Assembly (NCBI GenBank): GCA_951406725.2
Contig: OX597814.1
Coordinates: 200,198,001-200,262,000, forward strand
DNA: 64,000 nucleotides
From: Octopus vulgaris
Taxonomy: Eukaryota
Reading direction: 5' to 3'
Made by a program: the position numbers and the translations under genes. The stretch's first letter is position 1. Each line of letters begins with the position of its first letter. Below the pieces are notes generated by a model. The model made no database searches. It was not told the origin of the DNA and saw only the letters and a program-made list of their open reading frames with translations. Positions 11,111 through 22,546 of this stretch are shown piece by piece.

Positions 11111-11459
11111 GCAGCAGCATATGTTTATGTATATGCCTGTGTGAGTGAGTTTGTATTCCGTTGTATTCACTGGTTTGCAAGCAATGATTTTCTGAAATCT
11201 ATCAGGAAACGTGTGGGGGCTGTCTGTTGTTCGATGGATTAGGAGATTGTTACAGTGCTTAGAAACAGGAGGTATTTGGCAAGAGCAATGGTATCTGGCC
11301 AAGGGAAACTTCTGCCTCAAAGTACTCTTGTCTGACCCATACAAGCATGGAAAAGGAGACAGTGAAGCAATGTTGATGTTGCTGCTATTGATGCCAAAAC
11401 TGTTTTGTACTTAATATCCAATTAAATATGAACGTTAATGGAACCTTACAGCTGTTACG

Positions 11460-11841
11460 CTTTATTCTCTTATTTGACTGCAGCCAAGCTGGAGCACCGC
11501 CTTTAGTCAAGCAAATCGACCCCAGGACTTATTCTTTGTAAGCCTAGTACTTACTCTATCAGTCTCTCTTGCTGAACTGCTAAGTTACAAGTAACATAAA
11601 CACACCACCATTGGTTGTCAAGCGATGTTTGGGGTGGGGGAAAAACAGACACACAAACATATACGTACATATATATACAACAGGCTTCTTTCAGTTCGCG
11701 TCAACCAAATCCACTCACAAGGCTTTGGTTGGCCCGAGTCTATAGTTGAAGACACTTGCCTAAGGTGCCATGTAGTGGGACTGAACCCGGAACCATGTGG
11801 TTGGTAAGCAAGCTACTTACCACACAACCACTCCTGTGCCT
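11460..11841 (-). mobile_element. tRNA-derived SINE family B, full length
   Basis: Reverse complement colinear with 19221-19608. Confidence 0.87.
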
Positions 11842-13076
11842 ACTTATCACACAGCCACTCCTTTTGGCTAAGAATGTAAATAAACTCACAGATATTTCTA
11901 TTTAACCACACTGAAGGTCCAAAACCATATGCCGATTTTGATAATATGAAGATAGAAATTCTATGCCCAGGAGAGAACAACCAGCTACTGCATAAAAATT
12001 TGCAGTTATGTTTCCTATCTATCAACAGACTATTTAAAGTAATATTTCTTTTATACTAAACAAAGAAAGGTAAAAATATGCATAACCTTATTGTAGGGCC
12101 ACTGAAACTGCTGGGAAGAATAAACTACAATTCATGGGTGATCTTCAGACTGTGTTCTTGTAACAGAATGGATTTTATAGAAGGTACCCATGGCCAGCTG
12201 GGGGTATTAAACCAAGTGACAGGCTTTGTCATGTAAGAAAATGAAGGGAATCTGTAACACCTGCTTTGGTGATATGGCCCAGAATGTGTGTGTGTGTGTG
12301 TGTGTGTAGTAGATGAACTGTTTGACATCTATGAGCAATATTCTGAGGAGTACACATGTATATTTGTCCCTTAATAGCTAAACCAACAAAGTAGCCATTA
12401 TGTGGTTGACTTACTTGTTAGAAATACCAGCCATATTTGCTTGTATCACATCACGCTATCTTAAGAAAGGATGGACAATGTAATACTAGAGATAAAACAA
12501 TACAGGTTGGTACCAGCCATGAATGCCTTTGAACATAGGTGTATTTTGAAACAAGAACTACAAATTCGTGAGGCATGTAGTTTTTCTTACCTGTATTAAG
12601 TTTTGACTAAGTTCTTTGTGGCAACCTCCACTACCAAATTTAGATCATAAATTCATGCTTAGAAATATTTTGTTACAAGAACACATGGATATACATGTGT
12701 GTGTGTGTGTGTGTGTGTGTTTGTTTGAGAAAAAGAAATGGTTGGTACTCGGCATTTAGCAATGAATGTCACAGTGTGCTATCAATTGGTAGAGACATAG
12801 AAAGTGTCTGGAAGTTTAATTCTTGTTCTGGCTCACTGTTATATCCAAATTCTACTGAGGTCAACTTGGTTATTTCAGCATTGATAAAGTGCCATTCCAA
12901 GTTTGGTGGAATTACTAAAGTGTCAGACAAGATGCCTTGCCACATTTGTTCCGGTTATCTTTATTCTGAGTTTTTGGTTGGTAGATTAAATTCAACACCC
13001 AGTTTATGACCACCAATTCAAAAATAAACAATTCAATAGTATAGTTAATTTTATTTTATTTCTTTTAATATAGTAA

Positions 13077-13441
13077 CCCTATCGTTACTAACCCGGCTGA
13101 AACTGGCTCTGGCTCTGTAGTACAAATGTCTTGTTTACATAAATTTTGAATCAAAATCTTCCACCAAACCTTAGTCACAATTTATATTCCTAACACGAGG
13201 GTTAATAAATGATTTATTTAACCCTTTTGATACCAGCCTGGCTGAAACCAGTTCTGGCTCTGTAGTACAAATGTCTTGTTTTCAAAGTTCTCAATTAAAA
13301 TCTTTCACCAAACATTAGTCACAATTAATGTTCCTAACACTAGCTTAACCGTAACAAAGTTATTTTACTACATTCTTTGTTATATTTAAAGTAATTGAAA
13401 GAAACACAGAGCATCTCAACAGAAATACAGTAACGAAAAAG
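13077..13441. mobile_element. tandem pair of piggyBac-type MITEs (13077-13201 internally deleted; 13222-13441)
   Basis: CCCT-type TIRs resembling the 430-1518 element; TTAA at 13202-05, 13218-21 and 13442-45; shared body ctgtagtacaaatgtcttgttt. Confidence 0.82.
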
Positions 13442-13867
13442 TTAAGGAAGATTGGTAACCTTACTGAATTGACCTCAATACAGTCTAATATACTTTAGAT
13501 ACTTAGTGACATTTTAAAATGTAATATATGCTACCTTATTTACATGTATATGTGTGTGTGTTTGACATTTTTATCTCATAATTTATAATTTATACAACCA
13601 TAACATATGAACCACAATTTATACTACCATTTGATTTTTTTACAAACAATTTTGTTGCTCATTATTGGTGTCTTTCACAACCTTATGTTTTTAATGCATA
13701 ATTTGCTTCCCCTTTTTTTTTTTTGTACTACAATGAAAAACTCGTAAATAGAACCAGGTAAAATCTATGATGAAATACACTCCTTGACAGCTATATTTTC
13801 TAGTACACAATAACCCTCTCTCTCTCTTTCGGAGAGGCACTGAGCAGCAATATGCACACATACACAC

Positions 13868-14020
13868 ATGGCAGTAACTTCCACCTACTGAATTCAATCA
13901 CAAAGCTCCGGTCGGCTCGGGGCTATAGCGGAAGACGCCTACCCAAAGTGCCACACAGTGGGACTGAACCCGAAACCATGTAGCTAGGAAGCAAGCTCCC
14001 TAACCACACAGCCATGCCCA
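13868..14020 (-). mobile_element. SINE family B, 5' part
   Basis: cccaaagtgccacacagtgggactgaacccgaaaccatg...accacacagccatgcc. Confidence 0.75.
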
Positions 14021-14437
14021 TACAAGAAACAGTTATAATGGTTATAATGTTTTTTTTGTATGCAAAACGGTAAAATTTTACATTCCATTTCAATCTATTT
14101 AGTTGTATAATTAGTTTTAACTAGCTATACTTGAATTTTCTTGAAGTTAATACAGAACCATGAAATAAATATAAATATATATAGCTGCAGCATGGCTGTG
14201 TGGTGAGAAGCTTGCTTCTAAACCACATGGTTCTGTGTTCAGTCCTACTGTATGGCACGTTGGGCAAGTGTCTTCTACTATAGCTTCAGGATGTCCAAAG
14301 CCTTGTGAGTGGATTTGGCAGATGGAAACTGGAAGAAGCCCAACATATATATATATTACAGTTCTATATTTAAGAGATGAGGAATTATGTACATTATTTA
14401 AATTTGATGGATATTTGTCCTCATCTTGTTTGTTGTT

Positions 14438-14483
14438 AACACAACGTTTCAGCTGATATACCCTCCAGCCTTCATCAGGTGTC
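14438..14483 (-). ncRNA. minimal type I hammerhead ribozyme-like motif
   Basis: Reverse complement reads GACAC-CTGATGA-A-GGCTG(gagggtatat)CAGCT-GAAA-CG-TT-GTGTT. Confidence 0.6.
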
Positions 14484-14513
14484 TTGGGAAAACCAGATTC
14501 GAAATTTCCCCAA

Positions 14514-14559
14514 GACACCTGATGAAGGCTGGAGGGTATATGAGCTGAAACGTTGTGTT
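14514..14559 (+). ncRNA. minimal type I hammerhead ribozyme-like motif
   Basis: GACAC-CTGATGA-A-GGCT(ggagggtatatg)AGCT-GAAA-CG-TT-GTGTT: stem I GACAC/GTGTT, conserved cores, stem II, and palindromic AACGTT in place of stem III. Activity not shown. Confidence 0.6.
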
Positions 14560-14602
14560 AACAACAAACAAGATGAGGACAAATACCTGTCAAATGTAAA
14601 TA

Positions 14603-14634
<32 letters not shown>

Positions 14635-15044
14635 TTGTGTGTCTATGCTTGTACCCCAAAACATCACTCGACAACCGGTGTTGGTGCCTTTATGTCTCCG
14701 TAACTTAGTGGTTTGGCAAAAGAGACTGATAGAATAAGTACTAGGCTTACAAAGAGTAAGTCCTGGGGTCGATTTGTTCTACTAAAGGCAGTGCTCCAGC
14801 ATGGTCACAGTCAAATGACCAAAACAAATAAATGAATATTATTCTAAGTATTTTTTTTCTAAAACATTTGCTTCTCCTCAAGATGGTGCGGTCTGAAGAA
14901 AGAACATTTTGAAAACCACATAGTTGTACACTACTTATCTCTGCTACTTTGAGACTTCTACTCTCACATTTTATCTTTACATCAAAAAGTGAATGTATTG
15001 TTGAAAATGATACAAGCAATCTTCTATGATTAAAATTACTGAAG

Positions 15045-15341
15045 GTACATGGCCAGGTGGTTAGAGCAGTGGACTTACAGTCGAGGGATTGAATCTCAGA
15101 CCAGACGATGTGTGTGTTTATGGGCAAAACACCTAAGCTCCACATGGCTCCGGCAGAAGATAATGGCAACTCTTTGCTCACTCTTTCGCCACAACTTGCT
15201 CTCACTCTTTCCTCCTGCATCTAACAGCTCAACTATGATGGACCAGTGCCCCATCCATGTAAGGAACCCATAAGCTGATGAAACCAGGAAACCGGCCCTT
15301 ATGAGCCAGACATAGCTCGAGAAGGAACAAACAACAAACAA
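15045..15341 (+). mobile_element. tRNA-derived SINE, another family (E)
   Basis: A-box-like tggccaggtggttagagc, CORE-like tgggcaaaacacctaa, and an (aac)n tail. Confidence 0.65.
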
Positions 15342-16853
15342 AATTATTGAAAATATATTCTTAACTTTGGAATGGAACAGAAGATATAACTGTTCATCGT
15401 CATTGTTTTTATTCCCACTTTTTCATGCTTGCATGGATCAGACAGAATTTATTGGGGTAGATTTTCAATGACCAGATGCCCTTCTTGTGGCAACCCTTGC
15501 CTGTTTCTAAGTATTCCTCCTTGGCCTGAGAAGTTTTTCACAGAAGAATGAAAATGAATGTTGCTTATTTTCAACTATTGAGCAGTGCCAAGACAAAAAT
15601 ACACACATACACATGAGCTTCTTTCAGTTTCCATCTACCAAATCCACTTATAATACTTTGGTAAGGTCAAAGGTATAGTAGAAGATGTTTGCTTAAGGTA
15701 CCACACAGCAGGACTAAACCTGAAATTGCAAATTTGGGAAGTATGCTTCTTAACCACACAGCCATGTCTACATCATCATCATCATACCTTCATGTTCCAT
15801 GCGGGCATGGGCTGAACAGTTAAACCTATTCATGCTGATAAGCCATTTAAAATAACAATTTATAAGGGTATAAAACAAATACTTCATACAAATTGTGATT
15901 TGTGTATGATCTGTATTAAAGAAGGAAACATGTTCTTAATGCGTATGCAGTCTGTATCAAATGGACTTCAATGAAAGTTTTTACAATTGTTATTTAGGTT
16001 AAAATCATAGTATCTGTGAATTTTCAGACAATTTCATTCATGAGAAAAATTTCAGCATGAATGGGTTAACAGGATCTTAAGTGTCCAAGGACTGCATTGT
16101 TAGAAGCTGTAACTTGCCTGAAGCCCTTGATTTGACCAAAATAAAATATATCATCATCATCATTGTTTTTACATCCATTTTTCCATGCTGGCATGGTTGG
16201 ACAGACTTTACAAAGGTAGATTTTCTATGGCCAGATGCCCTTCTTGTCGCCTGGCCTAGATTCCCGATGATACAGGCTCATTCTGTGAGTCTACAAAACT
16301 AAATTGCATGGAGCTGAGTTAAACTGTTATCAAATCATGTGTGTGTGTGTGTACATAAAAATATGTATATGTGTGTATGCATCAATTAATAATATATATT
16401 TGCTAAATGAATTGTCTTATGAATAATAAATATATACCAATAAAGATGTTCACATCATTTATATAATATAAATGGTGTGAACATATGGCTTCAATTTCAT
16501 TCCATAGTTTATCAGTCTTGAATATGCTATAAATGTGTGTACGATAAATGATGTCTTTAATATCATTCCTTAGTTAAATTAACACTTTAAAAAAAATCTT
16601 GCATAGGTAGACCATAGGAAAATAATATTAACGATAAATTAAGATAGTTACTTTAGATTGAATAAGTAAAAAGATATGATTAGTTATGCTCTATATGAAG
16701 GTGAGAACGAATTTGATAAGTTAAAGGTTAGTATTTGGAAAAGAAATACAGGTGGGAGGGACATTCTTTGATGATGCAATCCTGAGACGTCAAGAATGAA
16801 AAGGATATTGAACAGTGAGTTTTGGAAGATGGTCATAATATCATATTTTTAAA

Positions 16854-17076
16854 GAAAAGGCGGCGAGCTGGCAGAAACGTTAGCATGCCCGGCGAAATGC
16901 TTAGTGTTTCGCCTGCCGTTATGTTCTGAGTTCAAATTCTGCCAAGGTCAACTTTGCCTTTCATCCTTTCGGGGTCGATTAAATAAGTACCATTTACAAA
17001 CTGTGGTCGATGTAATCGACTTAATCCCTTTGTTTGTCTCCTCTATGTTTAGCCCCTTGTGGGCAATAAAGAAATA
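16854..17076 (+). mobile_element. SINE family A with 17-bp target-site duplication
   Basis: TSD aatatcatatttttaaa at 16837-16853 and 17077-17093. Confidence 0.9.
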
Positions 17077-17575
17077 AATATCATATTTTTAAAAAGATGA
17101 AAAATTTTGGTAGTAATTCTTTTGTGTTAGCCCCAGTCAGTTCTGTTGAAACAATTCAGCACCACAGAGGTAGTCAATATATTTACAAGGTGCAGACCAC
17201 GGATCCAGTGCTCCAGATATTTACCATTTTGGGAACCATGTCATGTACTCCAAGTTACAAGATCTTATCATATAAAGTACAATGTCCCAGTCTGTGAATG
17301 TTGCATTCCCTGCTATGTCAAGTATGTTCTTGCAAAATCGTTGTTGTGTTTGTTATTGTCATTTAGTTACAGATTATCCTTGCTTAAGCAGACCAGTTGC
17401 ATAAACTTACAATCTATAAAACCGCTAGTAACATTTTGACCGATTATAAGTCAATTGCTCATCAGTATAAAAGTATACACACTTACCACTTGCTCCCTTC
17501 CCTCGATTACTCCTTTATACACTTATTATTTCTCTTTCTCGTGATCCCTATGCTTCTTTTGCTCTTTTTTATTTT

Positions 17576-17611
17576 CCTTCTGATGAAAGACTAACGCCTG
17601 AAATATTAAGG
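17576..17611 (+). ncRNA. degenerate minimal hammerhead-like motif of a second (Penelope-like) family
   Basis: CCTT-CTGATGA-A-AG(actaacgc)CT-GAAA-TA-TT-AAGG. Stem I CCTT/AAGG and palindromic AATATT; stem II is weak. Confidence 0.4.
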
Positions 17612-18172
17612 CACTTTCTTCACTGTAATGGAAACCTAATGCTATATTCATTAAACTCCATCCAGTTCATTTTCGTGTTTATTGTCTTTACACACACACA
17701 CACAATATATATGTATATACACACACCAATATATATATACATACATACATATATACACACCAATATATATATATATACATACATACATGCATATATGGGT
17801 ACAGGACATCACCAAAGGTGCAAATAACATGAATTACATAAACAAATGAGTTAAATATGTAAACAACAAGAAAAAAAATGGAAAACAGGACAACTAAACA
17901 CAGAGAAAGGACCCTTCATCAGTTGTTGGCTGCCTATCTACTCTTCATTTCCGGCATTCAATGACAATGAGTCTTCAAAGACAGCTGGTCCCATAAATTC
18001 TGAAATAAAATTTATGATTTAGGGAGGGTCAAAGGTGGGAACAAAAACATGACAGTGGAGACATACAGGGAAACCGAACGAAAACAAATATGGAGGGTCG
18101 TTAGACCAGGATGAGAGGAAAATAGTGAATGCTGTGAGGATAAGTATTATAGAATAAGTACTAGCCTTACAA

Positions 18173-18406
18173 GACGAAGGTGGCGAGCTGGCAGAAACGT
18201 TAGCATGCCGGGCGAAATGCGTAGCTGTATTTCGTCTGTTGTTACGTTGTGAGTTCAAATTCCGCCGAGGTCGACTTTGCCTTTCATCCTTTCGCGGGTC
18301 GATTAAATAAGTACCATTTACGAATTGGGGTCGATATAGTCGACTTAATAACTATGCCTATCCTTGTTTGTCCCCTCTGTGTTTAGCCCCTTGTGGGTAA
18401 TAAAGA
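18173..18406 (+). mobile_element. SINE family A with 20-bp TSD, nested in a family B tail
   Basis: TSD aataagtactagccttacaa at 18153-18172 and 18407-18426. The host tail continues to about 18518. Confidence 0.9.
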
Positions 18407-18872
18407 AATAAGTACTAGCCTTACAAAGAATGTCCTGGGGTCAATTGGCTCGACTAAAGGCGGTGCTCCAGCATGGCTGCAGTCAAATGACTGACACAAG
18501 TAAATGAGTAAAAGAGTATACAATAAAATGGATGGGCGAGGGTATTATGTGGCCATGAGGGTGGGTGGTGGGGGGCAGTGACCCAAAATGTTTGAGAACC
18601 TCTGCTGTAGATGTACTCTTATGATGGTGTTGTTCAAGTATTGCCAGAATTTTGAAGGAGAAGAGGTTTAAAGATGATGTTGTAGAAGTATCGTTGGAAT
18701 TATATTACTGAAGTGTTTTTAGAATAGTCTTGCATAAATGGTTTTATGATGGTGCAGCAAAAGTGTGAAGTGTTGTAGTGTTGTTTTGAGGTTTTGTTAA
18801 GATGGTGTTGTAGGTTTGCTGAAATGTGTTATTAGCAGAGCATTGTAGAAAGTGTTATCATTCTTTTTCTTT

Positions 18873-19199
18873 ATACTTGTTTCAGACATTAGGCTGTGGC
18901 CATACTGGGGCACTGCCTCAAAGAACTTTTAGTCAAACGAAACGACCTCAGTACTCTTATTTTTTCTAAAACTGGTACTTATTCTTTTGATTGCTTTTGC
19001 CGAACTGCTAAGTTACAGGGATGTAAACACACCAACACCAGTTGTCATGCAGTGGCGGAGAACACACAAACAACAGGCTTCTTTTCATGTCCATCTACCA
19101 AATCGACTCACAAAGCTTTGGTTGGCTCGAGGTTATAGAAGTGGTACTGAACCCAGAACCATGTGATTGGGAAGCAAGCTTCTTACCGTATAGCTATAC
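18873..19199 (-). mobile_element. SINE family B, diverged
   Basis: Reverse complement colinear with the adjacent + copy, with an internal deletion. Confidence 0.78.
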
Positions 19200-19220
19200 T
19201 GATATTAGAATGATTTTGTA

Positions 19221-19608
19221 GACGTAGGAGTGGCTGTGGTGGTAAGTAGCGTGCTTACCAACCACATGGTTCAGGGTTCAGTCCCACTGCATAGCACCTT
19301 GGGCAAGTGTCTTCTACTTTCGCCTTGGGCCGACCAAAGCCTTGTGAGTGGATTTGGTAAGTGGAAACTGAAAGAAGCCCCTCATATATATGTATATATG
19401 TGTGTGTTTGTGTCTGTGTTTATCCCCCCCAACATCGCTTGACAACCGATGCTGGTGTGTTTACATCCCCGTAACTTAGCGGTTCGGCAAAAGAGACTGA
19501 TAGAATAAGTACTAGGCATACAAAAAATAAGTTCTGGGGTTGATTTGCTCGACTAAAGGCGGTGCTCCAGCATGGCCACATTCAAAATGACTGAAACAAG
19601 TAAAAGAC
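19221..19608 (+). mobile_element. tRNA-derived SINE family B, full length
   Basis: A-box-like tggctgtggtggtaag, B-box-like ggttcagtccc, CORE-like accttgggcaagtg, an internal TA/TG tract, and the tail ccagcatggccac...actgaaacaagtaaaaga. Confidence 0.88.
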
Positions 19609-19929
19609 TATGTTGACTGGATTATCTATTAGTGGTGTTTTCAATGGTTGTAAAAGTATTTCATGATGCTTTTTTATAACACATTGTTACGGAAATATTG
19701 TTGGGATATTCTTGTAGATGTGTTCTGAAATATTATTAGATTGGTGCCATAGTAGTGTTGTTAACACAGTGTTGTACAAAGGTTGTGATGTTGTAGATTG
19801 TTGTAAATGTGTTACTGGAGGTTGTGGAAGTTTGATTAAGATTTTCTCTTGCAACATCACACATAGACATCCTTGACAACATAGACAGAACAGTTACACA
19901 ACATTTTGCCAGGAAATCACAAATTGCCT

Positions 19930-20077
19930 GAATGGTTTTGTAGAATTGTTATAGAAATGTAAGAAAGGTGTTCTGGTGGAATGGTTTTTGTAGAATCGTT
20001 GTAGAAATGTAAGAAACGTGTTCTGGTGGAATGGTTTTGTAGAATCGTTGTAGAAATGTAAGAAAGGTGTTCTGGTA
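19930..20077. repeat. minisatellite, about 49-50 bp x 3
   Basis: Unit gaatggttttgtagaatcgttgtagaaatgtaagaaaggtgttctggtg. Confidence 0.9.
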
Positions 20078-20686
20078 TGTTGTAGAAATGTTGTAAAGAT
20101 AGTGTTGTGGAGTTGCTCTTCCATTTGATTAATGTTTGTACAACAAACTGTGCTCTTAATATGTTCTTGTCTATCTCAATGACAATATGCTGTTTTGGCT
20201 GTGTAGCTTGCTGCTGTTATTGATCTGTCTTTGATCAGCACTAACAGAACGCATATATAATCAAAGTCATATCAGTTCTGATCATCCTATCTATGTTGTC
20301 CAATGTGCCTTCCCATTCCCGCAACAGTAGAGCATGATGTGTTTATGTTTTAACAGGTCAAATTATCGCCAAAAAGCCCCCCCCCCCCCCTCGATTATGA
20401 GATAATCTGTGAATCTACATTGTGTGCAGCCTGGCTTGAAATGTATTATTCATTGTTTATTTGTATTATTTTTATTTGTAGTTTGTTGCAAATTTTTGTG
20501 CAGTGATTGGATCCCTTAGCCTTAACTTGAATATTTCTTCATCTATCTGATAATATTATTTGTGCAGTAGTAGTATGATGAATCCTCTTTTTTTTTGTGT
20601 GTGTGTGTGTGTGTACTATGCATATTACTTATCCAATATAAATTTTGTATATCACCTGCCTCTATTTGAAAATTCCACTATTTCAG

Positions 20687-20800
20687 AATGCGGCAGATAT
20701 ATGACCGTGTTTTCAAAGATGATATCCTCAAGGAAGATTTGTTGAAAAACCTTGCTTATGCAGCCGATGTATTAGAGGCTGTGCATATTGATGAAACAAA
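20687..20800 (+). CDS. PDE1: PDE1 (Ca2+/calmodulin-dependent 3',5'-cyclic nucleotide phosphodiesterase 1) internal exon, 114 nt, phase 2-2
   Basis: Acceptor tttcag|A at 20685-86 and donor AA|gtaagt at 20801. Translates as (R)MRQIYDRVFKDDILKEDLLKNLAYAADVLEAVHIDET(K), matching the PDE1 motif L.KNL.YAA.VLE.V.IDET. Splices in frame to 50454. Not present in the ORF track. Confidence 0.92.
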
Positions 20801-22167
20801 GTAAGTATATAGTTAATATTCATGCACTTTATCTAAATGCTGTAATAATAACTGATTAAAAGCAATTTAAAAGATATATTTTGCTTTTGAAATTAATTTC
20901 TTACATTATGCTTAAAATATAGTGTTGATTTACAAGGAAAAACGCTAAAGTATAGATTTAAAACAAAACTGAATTTAGGAAGAAAATAAAACTTAAGTTA
21001 AAAGTTATTGTGAACTTTATATTTAACAATTTTTCCCAATGTTTTTAAACAGTTTGTATCAGTATTATTTGACTCTATGGATGCTAAAATACAAAAATAT
21101 AAAAATAGGCAAATCAGCTGTTTAATTTTGTGTCTTTTTTATATTGAAAATAAAAAGGTAAGAGCAGTATGTTATATTTTATGAGAATAATCCAGATTTC
21201 ATTCTATTTAGTATGTAGCTTATCATTCTGAGAAATATGTATATTATTGTAAAATACATTCATTTCAGTTGTTTTATATTCAATAGAAATATATTTTCAA
21301 TTATTTGTATTGTATTCTTTCAGAAAGTAAACTCTAGATCTACACATTCTGCTATTAATAAGATTAGATTCTTAAAAGAGAATTTTAAGAGTTATATTAG
21401 AGAATTATTTTAATTTATAGCAAGATTACATTATATTCAAAGCAAATTTCTTGATTACTACTTAATGAAGATATATAAAATATATGTCTCCCAAATCTCT
21501 TTGACCTTAAAATGTTTATATCACATTTAATGTGCAATAAATTATAATTCTCAAAATACAAAATATAATAATCAAAACTGAAAATAATGTCAAGTAAAGT
21601 GTTTACTCTTTGAATCTCATACCTTCTGGTATGTTATGTCCAAGATCAAGACTCATAATTTTCAGTAGTTCAGTCCATTAAATGTACACAAGTATTTTGG
21701 AATCATACTTTTAATGTTATAAACAGTGGAAGTACTGAGTAAGTAACTTGTTGATAAACTACTGAGATTAATAAACATTGCTGTGGTTGATTGCAATAAG
21801 CTCGTCAAGCACAAGAAAATCAGTGATTGACCCTATTTTTCACCCTTACATTTGAGAAATATTGATTAATGATTGAATTTCTATATTCTTCTAGTGTTAC
21901 TCTCTTAATATTCTTTTCAGTTCTTTTTATGAATTTTCTTAAAAAGATTTATTTTTTTTTTGTTCATTGTTATTGATTTCTATACATTAGTATATTCATC
22001 CAATGATTGCAAATTTCTGACTATTGATATCCATCAATAGTTTGAAAATCCATCCAAAAGTAGTTTGAACATGCAGTAGGCAGATTCTCATTTTGGTCTA
22101 TTATGGTTAAAATTAAGTTAGTTCTATTATTTAAAATTTTTACTCAAATTAATTGTTTTATATTATA

Positions 22168-22546
22168 CTAGCAGTATCGCCCGGCGTTGCTCAGGTTTGT
22201 TTTGACCCTTTAGAATTGGAATTTTTGAAAAAAATTTTGCATTATGTAGCTTGTTATTCTCTTTAAGTGAACATTTTTCTGGTTGAAATACACTGAAAAC
22301 TGGCCATGCAGCAGTCAAAAAATAGCGATTTTCATAGAAAAAAAGCACCTTTTTAATGTAAATAATTTTTGGTGTTAACATGGTCCAATTTGAATTTTTT
22401 CTTCTATGAAGGAAGAGCAAGTCTTCTTCTATCATACTCTCAATTTTGGTCAACTTGCGCTGCAGGGTTTCGGAGGAGATGGTGTTAGTTGAAGGCTACC
22501 AAACCTGCCATACAGACAACTTTAGCTTTATATATATATAGAGAGA
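22168..22546 (-). mobile_element. non-autonomous Helitron
   Basis: Minus strand starts TCTCTCTATATA and ends acaaaCCTGAGCAACGCCGGGcgatactgCTAG. Inserted between A and T with no TSD. Confidence 0.88.

Larger units (their letters stand above)
14358..14606. mobile_element. inverted pair of family C 3' parts (palindromic insertion) inside a family B SINE
   Basis: Minus arm 14358-14491 and plus arm about 14492-14606, with about 100 bp of near-perfect complementarity. Inserted in the TA/TG tract of the host SINE. Confidence 0.85.
14185..14832 (+). mobile_element. SINE family B, full length, interrupted by the family C palindrome
   Basis: Head at 14185-14345 and tail at about 14607-14832, colinear with 19221-19608. 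Confidence 0.82.

Noticed and set aside
14747-15220. 157-aa minus-strand ORF
   Set aside because: Spans two SINEs and AT-rich spacer; no protein features.
15268-15303. cataag-CTGATGA-aaccag-GAAA-ccgg-cc-cttatg hammerhead-like string in SINE family E
   Set aside because: Stem I pairs, but there is no stem II and the required U-H after stem III is CC. Probably chance in a single diverged copy.
17905-17930. minus-strand CTGATGAAGGG
   Set aside because: No matching stem II/GAAA/stem I found nearby.
1-20686. Upstream PDE1 exon expected before the 114-nt exon
   Set aside because: No recognisable candidate found by eye. It probably lies before the window, though a short exon could have been missed.
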